DNA from: a virus
Length of the DNA stretch: 38,384 nt
Virus record (IMG/VR): IMGVR_UViG_3300045988_055146
Span: 1 to 38,384 of that record
Strand: one strand, 5' to 3'
Shown here: positions 15,016-23,400 of the stretch, in pieces
How positions within the stretch are numbered: the first letter of the stretch is position 1
Layout of the letters: every line of letters starts with the position of its first letter
Position numbers and translations under genes: made by a program
Notes under the pieces: model-generated
Databases searched by the model: none
Told to the model about the DNA's origin: nothing
Seen by the model: only the letters and a program-made list of their open reading frames with translations

Positions 15016-16158
15016 TCAGTTTGCGTCGTCTTCTGCACTGAACGAAGATACGCTCATTACGCGCAGCATACGCTCAGGGTAAAGGATAGTCGCGCCGTTG
15101 GTTTCGAGCTTGTAGCCTATGGTGCTGAACTGATCCAGCGGGCCGCCGATCTCGCTCTTGTCGTGCACTATCATCTCCATTGCGCCGCCCTCCGGGTCTA
15201 TGATGCCGAACGCCTCTTTGCCGAAGAAGTACGTTGCATAGGTTCTTCCGCGCTCCTTGTTGACGTACTCATCGTCCTGCGCAGCGCTCGTGCCCTTCAC
15301 GCCAAGCACAGGTGCAAACACGTCCTCAACAAAGCGCACGCCGCCTATCTCGCCGATCTCGCCGTTGAACAGCGCCTCGGGTGCAGCGTACTTGTGGGCG
15401 TCTACCCACTCCGGGTCTCTGCGCAGATCGTACAGCACCGACGGGTGAGCCACTGCATAGTAGTACCCGTTGATGCGCGGCACGCGGTTCTTCTTCATGA
15501 TGGTTACGATCTTGTCTATCATTGCCACCGTGAGCAGTGCCCAGCCGTCCGGGGTGCTCGTGCCTCCGGTTGCTGTCGTGGTTCCGCCCGCGCCCATCGT
15601 CTTGCAGGATGTCGGAGTGCTCAGTACCTTGCGCGTCTCCTTGTCTATGTTGTCGCAGTATACAACGTTCGTGCCGACGAGCAGCGCGTCTCGCGTCAGC
15701 TTCTCCTGCGTCTCCGCGGCGGATGCGCCCATCTCCTCGGTTGCCGCAAGGATTATCGGGTCATACGCGCGCAGCTCCAGCTTGTCGGTCACGGCTGTGT
15801 ACGTGCCGTACTGGTCTACCGTGCCGGTCACCTTGCTCATGCCGAGCTTCTGCCCTGTGGGTATCACGCCCTCAATGAGCTTGTCCGCACGCGCGAAGGT
15901 GTTGAACTTTCTCCACTCCACCTTGCCTTCGTGGTTTTTGGGCAGAGACTGACGCTTGCCGAACTGCGCATAGTACAGCTCTACACGCGCGTTCTCCAGC
16001 AGCTCCGTGTCGTAGAACGTCTTCAGTTCCCCTGTAAGATCGTTCGTGCCGGAGAACGCTGTGGTTTCTCCTGTGTATGCGTTCACATAGTTGCCGGTCG
16101 CGTTGACGAGTGTACCGGCGTCTGCAAAGTACTGCAACCAACTGTATTTGTTAATCAT
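15016..16158 (-). CDS. Major capsid protein (HK97-fold inferred)
   Basis: The ORF track gives 15016-16224, but the ATG at 16158 is preceded by AAGGAGAGG. The product is 380 aa and lies directly after the scaffold gene. The N-terminus MINKYSWLQYFADAG carries a Prp-type cleavage motif. Confidence 0.85.
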   Translation of the reverse strand: MINKYSWLQYFADAGTLVNATGNYVNAYTGETTAFSGTNDLTGELKTFYDTELLENARVELYYAQFGKRQSLPKNHEGKVEWRKFNTFARADKLIEGVIPTGQKLGMSKVTGTVDQYGTYTAVTDKLELRAYDPIILAATEEMGASAAETQEKLTRDALLVGTNVVYCDNIDKETRKVLSTPTSCKTMGAGGTTTATGGTSTPDGWALLTVAMIDKIVTIMKKNRVPRINGYYYAVAHPSVLYDLRRDPEWVDAHKYAAPEALFNGEIGEIGGVRFVEDVFAPVLGVKGTSAAQDDEYVNKERGRTYATYFFGKEAFGIIDPEGGAMEMIVHDKSEIGGPLDQFSTIGYKLETNGATILYPERMLRVMSVSSFSAEDDAN

Positions 16159-16189
16159 GTTTTCCTCTCCTTTTCCGAGAGGATGTGTG

Positions 16190-17242
16190 CTACCAGTCCA
16201 CGGGCAGCTTCTCTCCTCTCGCATCCGCCGCGTATATGCGGCGTTTCAGTTCTTCTCTTTCTGCTTTGCTCCTCTGTGCCGGGGGTACGCGGGTTATCGA
16301 CACTGCAATGCCCGCTCCGTTTTCCTTGGGCCGTGCCTGTCCCGCTCTCACTGCGGCCTGCGCAGCGGCCATTGCCTGCTGCTGCATTGCCTGCTTTTGT
16401 GCTGCGGCGATCTCCTTGCGGTGTACGGCGCGGTATGCGTCCTCCACCGACAGCATGCCCGGCTGCGTCAGCTTCACGAACATGTCGTTCTGCATCTCGG
16501 TTTCAAGGCTGAAGTCCGGGAACTCGGCTCTCAGCGCTTCCGCCTGCTGGTTGAGCCGTGCTATGTGGTCACGCATTATCTGCTGCTGGAAGCTCATCTT
16601 CTGCTGCTCACGCAGAGATTCCAGCTCCTGCTCGCGCTGACTCAGCACCTTTGCCGTCTTCACGTCCACGCCCATCTCTGCCGCCTTCACCTCGTAGAGG
16701 CTGTCGTCGTCAACGATAGCGTGGGCCAGGCCCTCATAGTCTCCGGCGCTCGTGCCGTACTTCTTTGCCAGCATCTCCAGCGCGGGTGTGAGCTTGGCCA
16801 TGCTCTCCTCCCGTGCGTTCGTCTTGGCAAAGCGCTTGCTTATGATCCCGCTCACCTGAGAATCAAATGCCGCTTTGTACTCCGGGTCTTTCAGCAGGTC
16901 TTCCCATTTGGGCTTGGCCTGTGAGGCCGCGGGCTTTTCCGCGCCGTCTCCCTCGTCTCCGCCGCTGTCTGCGGGGGCTGTCTCAGGCGGCTGCGCCGCT
17001 TCCGTTTTCAGCCCGCGCCGCTGCATGGATGCGGCGAATCTTCTTGCCTTGTCCTTGGGTACGCCCAGCTTCTCCAGAGTACCTGCTGTGTCCTGCTGCC
17101 CGGCGACGGCAGCCTGCTGCCTAGTCCCTTGAGGGGCGACGGCAGCGCCATCAACGCCCGCTGCGGCTCCTCCGTCTCCGCTGCCGTCTCCTGCAGGTGC
17201 GCCGTCGGCGAAGTACTGAAGCCAATAAGTTTTGCTGTTCAT
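16190..17242 (-). CDS. Scaffolding protein
   Basis: 350 aa, Ala/Gln/Glu-rich and helical, located immediately upstream of the capsid gene. The N-terminus MNSKTYWLQYFADGA shares the WLQYFAD motif with the capsid protein. Confidence 0.75.
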   Translation of the reverse strand: MNSKTYWLQYFADGAPAGDGSGDGGAAAGVDGAAVAPQGTRQQAAVAGQQDTAGTLEKLGVPKDKARRFAASMQRRGLKTEAAQPPETAPADSGGDEGDGAEKPAASQAKPKWEDLLKDPEYKAAFDSQVSGIISKRFAKTNAREESMAKLTPALEMLAKKYGTSAGDYEGLAHAIVDDDSLYEVKAAEMGVDVKTAKVLSQREQELESLREQQKMSFQQQIMRDHIARLNQQAEALRAEFPDFSLETEMQNDMFVKLTQPGMLSVEDAYRAVHRKEIAAAQKQAMQQQAMAAAQAAVRAGQARPKENGAGIAVSITRVPPAQRSKAEREELKRRIYAADARGEKLPVDW

Positions 17243-17318
17243 TCGGATGCCTCCATATCTTTCTGCTTTGTTTCGGCATACATGCCCGGCGGGGCGGCCG
17301 CCTTGTCATCCATGTCTC

Positions 17319-17365
17319 TATTATAGCGGGGGAGCGCTCGTTTTCTCTATGGCCCTTTTTGCCCT
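17319..17365 (-). promoter_or_regulatory. 47-bp conserved late-promoter element, copy 1 (upstream of scaffold/capsid)
   Basis: Identical to 31731-31777. The minus strand reads AGGGCAAAAAGGGCCATAGAGAAAACGAGCGCTCCCCCGCTATAATA. TATAAT falls at 17320-17325, and there is no good -35. Confidence 0.6.
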
Positions 17366-17391
17366 TTTTTTATTTCTCCCTGCAAAGAATT

Positions 17392-17420
17392 GAGCCGCCC
17401 GGTATAATGCCGGACGGCTC
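17392..17420. terminator. Hairpin after the giant gene (terminator candidate)
   Basis: GAGCCG(C)CCGG-TATAATG-CCGG(A)CGGCTC. It is flanked by an A-run on one side and TTTTTATT on the other, and followed by AATTCTTTG on the minus strand. Confidence 0.45.
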
Positions 17421-17434
17421 TTTTTATTCTGTGT

Positions 17435-20400
17435 TCAGCTGTTCCACGGCGCTTCTTCAAGTTTCGCCCAGCTCTTTGTTCCCACGTCGTCGAAGTAGAC
17501 CATTGCTATCTTGTCTTTCTGCTCCGGCGTGAGGCTGAGACTGTCGATGTACGCCCACAGCTTGTCTCTCTTGGAGTTTGCTATGACCTTGCCCTTGCTG
17601 TTGTAGTCCGACTTGAACGTGCTCGCGCTGTGTCCGTTGATTATGTTCCAGTAGTCCAGCTTGCTTATCCCGCTCCCGGTTACATAGCTGTCGTAGCGCT
17701 GCGCCTGCTTGCCGGTGATCGACTTCATCGCCTCTTCGCCGCCTATCCATTCGTAGCGGTACGCCGTGTTCGCTGCTTCCTCCGGCGTGTCTCCGGCGTA
17801 CTTGATGCGGTACTCGTATACTTCCTCCTTGCTTATCCTTCCCGCATTGTATGCGTCGCGTATGCCGGTGAAGCTGTCGCCGCCCGCGTTTATGCCGGTG
17901 TCCTTTTCAAACTTCCACTGCATCACCTTGGCCTTTGCCAGCTCTTTGTTTGCTGCGATCTCCGCCGCCGTCTGCCTGGTCGTGTCGCCGTAGCCGTACT
18001 TTGCCTGAAGCTCCAGCGCCCGGCTTTCCGATATGTTGCCGTTGATAAACTCGTCGTCGATACTGCCGTATGCTATGCCCGTCACCTTTTCGCATGTCCA
18101 CTGCTCCACGGCTACTTCCGCGTCGCGCTCTGCTTTGCCGCCGTACTTTTGCAGCAGCGCCAGCGCCTCCTGCTTGGATATTGTGGCTTTCTCCGTGTCG
18201 CTGCCCTGATACCAGTCGCGTACCTGATTCTTCACGTTATTCTGTATCTTGCTCTTGAACACTCCGTGCTCTGTCAGCTCCTGCATCAGCGCGTCGTAGC
18301 TCTCCGTGTCCCCGGCCTTGACGGCGGCGTACAGATCTTCCAGCTTGTCGTTGCTGCTTCCGTCGCCGTTCCACTCGTTGATTATCCAGAACGCCTGGTC
18401 TGCGTCGTCCGCCACGCCCTGCTTCACAAGCTCCGCCATCGCATCCTCGTCCGTCATAAAGCCGTTGAGATAGCTGCTCTTGATTGCCGCCCTCGTCGTC
18501 GGCCTGTAGCTCTGCACGGTCACGCCGGAGAACGGCGCTACCACCGTGTTGTACAGCGCCACGGCGTCGCGCATTGCGTTGTAGAACGGCAGCCCGCTCA
18601 GCTGTGACACGGCTCTCAGGTTGGCTGCCAGCACTCCGTATGCCGTCAACTGCCCGTTGTAGCTCACGGCCTTCTCGCCGTCCTTTGCTCCCAGCGCCAT
18701 GGACAGCATCTTCATGTCTATGTCCCACGCTTTTTTCAGGTTCGTTATTGCCTGCATGTCCATGCGGCTCACGTCCTCCCCGCGGAAGATAGCGGCAATA
18801 TCCTTTATCACGGGTATCTTGTTGTAGATCAGCAGCTCCTGCATGAGGTTGCCTTCCATCCAGTTTCCTTCTTCGCCGAAGAGCGCCTGCTTCAGCTTCT
18901 GTGCGAAGGTCTCGTAGTCGTCGTCATCTCTCACCGCATCCCACAGCGACGCGGCCAGCACCGTTGCCGCCGAGGATGCGACGAACACCGCCATTGATTT
19001 TACTATCGCGCCCTTGTTCTTCTGCCATGCTATGGCCGCTTTCTGCTTGCTGCTGCCTCCCGCCTTGCGCATGTCCGCCCTGTAGTCTGCGTATGCGTTC
19101 AGCAGTATGTTGTAGCTCAGTGTCGGCTCCGCCATGAATGAGGTCGTGATGTTCGCCAGTATGCCCTGGTTGCGCATGTTGTGGCTCCTCGTGATCGTCG
19201 CGTCCACCACCTGCGTCTTGAGTATGACCTCGCGGAATCTCTCTGCCGTCGCCTTGCACAGCTCGTCTCCGCGCAGCTTCGTCCGGTCTGCCGTCTCCAT
19301 CCTGCACGCGCGCCACAGCGCCGCCCATGTCACGGCGTCGCCCTTCTGCGCGAAGAACATTGCCTTCTCCTTTGCCACGTCTGCAAGGCTCTCGTCGTGC
19401 ATGATCTGGCTGCGCATGCTCCTGCCTATGTCCGTGCTCACGAAGCCCAGCCCCTTCCACGTCGCAATGCCGCTGTACCTGTTCATCTCCTCACTGCTCT
19501 GCTTCCCGCTGCCGGGCTTGAGTGCCGCCGCCAGATACTTCGCGTCTATCTCCTGCGCTGCTCTCACGTATGCCGTCGGCTGCTGTATCGCCACTCGCAG
19601 GTTTGCGCCCACGGCTGCCGCCTTGTAGTTGGATACCATCCGCTTTGTCACGGCATCGCTCCTGCTCGTGCCGCCCTCGTGCTTGCCGTTCAGGTCCTTC
19701 AGCAGCGTCACCACGTACTTTTGCGCTGCCCGTCCGTATGCCGTCTCCACGCTGCGCTGCACCGTGTCCGTGTACACAAGGCCGTTGACGTTCGTCCGCT
19801 CCTTGTAGTTGTACCACTTGAGTGCGTCCAGTATCGGCAGGGTCAGTGCGTTGTACTTTGCCATGTCGCTTGAGTGATCGGTGAATACCTCGAATATGTC
19901 GCTCACCACCAGTGCGTTGTTCGCGTTGATGGTCAGCGCCTTTGTCGCGCTCAGGTTCAGCAGGCGGAACATGTCATTTGCCTTTGCGTCCGGGTCTACC
20001 GCCGGGCGGTCGTTGCTGTCCGTCTGGATAGGGAAGTAGTTCTTCTCGCCGAAGCCGCGGTACCCGAAGCGCTTCATGCTCACCTCGTTGCCCCACTCGC
20101 CGCAGGTGTCCACCATGAAATGCTGAAGCGCGTCCGCAACTTCTCTCTGCCTCTCCGTCAGCATGCCGTCCAGCATCTCAAGGTCTGCGCTGTTCGGCTT
20201 GAAGTGTTCCGTCTGCACTATTTCGTTGAGCCCCTTGCCTATGTTGCCCACGCGCAGGCCACCGCCGTACAGATGCCCTATGGCCTGTGCTCTCTTGCGC
20301 AGGCAGTGCAGGCTCATCAGCTGCGCCGTCGTTATCGTGAACTTGTCTCCGTTCTCAAACTTTACTTCGTGCGTCTCCTCGCGCCATGTCCGCGCCTCCT

Positions 20401-23400
20401 TCGCCGTGTACAGCCCCTCCGTGAAGTCTATGATCTTCTTTGCGTTGAACGCCATCTGTTCCCAGCCCTTTGATATTCCCTCGAAGATAGCCTTGCCGCC
20501 CTCTCCGAAGCGCTGGAACGCATAGAACGGCGTGGTGTTGTCCCAGAAGCCGAACGCCGCAAGCCCTGTCTTTGCCGCCTTGCCCTGCTTGCCGAGCTTG
20601 CCCAGCTCCTCTATGCTGTTCTGCGACGCCTGCTGCACGCTCCTGTACCGGCTGTTCGCCATCAGCTGGTTTGTCTTTTTCACAGACGTGGACAGCACCG
20701 TCAGCAGCGTGTCCAGATGCCGCAGCTCTTCCGCCGTCATGTCGTTCACGGTGAATGTCTTTCCGGTCTCAGCGAACTTGTTTGCTATGCGTATGAAGTC
20801 CTTGACCTGCTCCATCATGTCCGAGGGCATGTCAATGTACACGTCCAGCGCACTCTCCGTGTCCGCACCGCTCATGTACTTCTGCTGGTTCTCAAGCACA
20901 TCCCGCAGCGCTGAGAGCTTCGATGCAAACTTCCTGTCGTTCGCCGTCTCCTCTCCGCCGCGCAGCTGCTGCCTTGACGTGAAGTCTATAGTCGTCAGGA
21001 AGTCGCCCACGGTTTTCTTCAGCACCTCCGGCACATGCTCCTTCGCACTGTTGTTGAGCATCCAGTCCGTCAGCTGTGCCGCCGTCGCGGTCACGCTGTC
21101 CTTGTACTTCTTTATGCCGGCGTTCTCCCTGCGGCGCTGCTGGGCGTTCTGCATCATCTGCTGGTAGTAGTTTCTTGTCTGCTCTACCTTCTCCCACTTG
21201 GCCACCTTCTCCTTTGCCACGGCCTCCTGCTTGCGCGCCACGCCCTCCTGATACACCTGCTGTATGCGTTCCTGCATCCGGCTCTTCATGTCGTTGTAGC
21301 GCGTGCGCTCTTCGGCCACGGCCTTGTTCATCCGGTCTCTCGCACGGTCCGCCGCAGTCTTTGCCGTCTGGCGTATCTCGTCTGAGAGCATCGTGTCCAG
21401 TATGTCCTGCGCCACGGTCTCGCGCATCTCGCCCATGTAGTTTTCAAACGGGTTCCCGCGCACCGGCTGCCATGCCCGTTCCATGTCCGCTATGTGGAAC
21501 AGCATGTCGCTCTGGCTCGTGATGGTTGACGGGAACGCGCCCTCGCCGAACTTCTCCTGCAGCTCCATCCACGCCGTGTCTATCGGCAGTCCGTCCTTGC
21601 CGAAGCGGATGCGCCTGTGCTCCCGCTTCCAGCCCTCCGGCAGGTCCAGCATCTCCCGCTCGTTTATCTTCAGCTTGTTGCTCTTGAGGTAGTCCAGCAG
21701 CTCGCGCCGCGCGTCCTCCATCCCGCTCTCTATCTCTGCCTCCGAGCCGGACAGTATGTGATCCGCTATTGCTGCCGCCCAGTCTTTCAGCTCTGCATAG
21801 CTCAGCTCCTGCCCGTCCGTCTGCACTATGTAGTCGCCCATGCGCTTGAGTTCTTCCTTCACGGTGTCCTCTGCGTCCTTGTTGTGCAGCTCCTCGGTCA
21901 GCCGCCGTGCAAGCTTGTCCGTGTCTGTCTTGCGCACAGTGGCCTCCTTCGTCGTCCGCGTCTGTCCCTTCCAGTATTCCGCGCGCCGCCGAAGCTCTTC
22001 GTTCTGCCTCCGCAGCTCTGCGTAGCTTTCCTGCCTGCCGCGCCGCTCGTCCGCCGTGTCGTCCGCCGCCACGTCGCGCATGGAGTAGCGGAACTGCCCA
22101 AGGTCTGACGGCTGCGCCGGTACGGTGCCATTGTCGAAGTACTCGTTGATGTCGTTGATTATTCTCTTTGAGTACGTGCGCTTTGGGTATTCTATGCTGA
22201 CCACCGTGTCGCCGTTGGCGTTGTCAATGTCCAGTGTCACTTCTCCTCTGAAGCTGGATATGTATCTGTCCAATACGTCGAGCTGCTTTGCATTCGGTTT
22301 TGTGCTGAGGTTTATGCCGCCGCTCTCCGGCGATAGCCTAATATTTCCCGCCTGCATAAACTGCACCATGCCGCCGCTGTAGCTGCCGTCGCCGTAGTCT
22401 CCGTCAAAGGCGTCAGTTATATCCCTGTGGTCTACAGTTCTATAGCCGCCCGGCGCGCCCTCGTGCCGCCCGCTCATGTCCAGCAGTTTGCCATCTCTCA
22501 GCAGATACCCGGCCTCTGCTATCTTGTATGTCGTGCCGAAATACTTTTCTGCCGTCTTGACGTCCGCCGCATCATCCCGCTCGCGCATGGAAAATTTGGT
22601 ATTGCCATTTTCATTGCCTCGTGATATACTAACCATAGAAGTGTCACTGAGGAATTTAGACTTTGGGGTTTTCCCGTATGAGCTAATGATGTCCTCAGTG
22701 GCATTTCTTATTTTTGTTATGTCCTTGAATCTGCGTCCGTTCTTATTGTTTTCAATGTTTATTACTCCGTCGAAGTATTCATCCCCAACTTTGAAGGTCA
22801 CGTCAAAATAAGTAAATCCGCCAGTTGCATTCTTGTGAACATGTCCATCACGTCCGTCAGCGGCAGTCCTGTAATTTCTCCCGGCCTCTATCAGATTGTC
22901 TAGTTCAGGAGCGGCACGCATCTTTGCTTCTTTTACCTGTTCGTCTTTGATAAACCTTGACGGATATGCATATTCATTTGCTGATGCGTTATTAACGAAA
23001 GCTCTATTTGAGCTTCCCACAACTTTGCCAGCAAAGCGGCTCTTTATTATTTCTCTTGCTTTGCTGGTCATCTCTTCCTGTGTCAGCCCATTAAATGCGT
23101 CTTGATCTGTTTTGACATCAACATATTTAGTCCCGTCCTCAAACTCCCTAAGTGAATACTTTGCATTCTTGCTCACGGTCTCATTCCCGCTCGCCGTCTC
23201 CGCGTTCCTCACGGCGCCGGCAAGGGCGCTGTCCCATATCTGCTGCAGCTCGTCCGCATACTTCATCATGGCCTTTGCCTCTGCGTGCCGCGCCTCCACT
23301 CCCGTGAAAGCCTTCCGCAGCTTCTCCGCAAAGTTTGCTATCCATTCCCGGATCTGTTCATACAGGCCCGGGTTTTCTTTTGCCATGATCTCCGGCAGCT

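Noticed and set aside
14845-16512. 555-aa plus-strand ORF across the capsid/scaffold region
   Set aside because: It is antisense to the capsid and scaffold genes, which have strong RBSs and recognisable features. Its composition is Arg/Ala/Leu-rich.
16495-16512. Partial matches to the repeat tail (CTTGAAAC on the minus strand at about 16500; TTTGAAAC at about 29368; ATTGAAAA at about 32283)
   Set aside because: These are 7/8 matches without an adjacent stem-loop or GTC head, and all lie inside coding sequence. They are consistent with chance.
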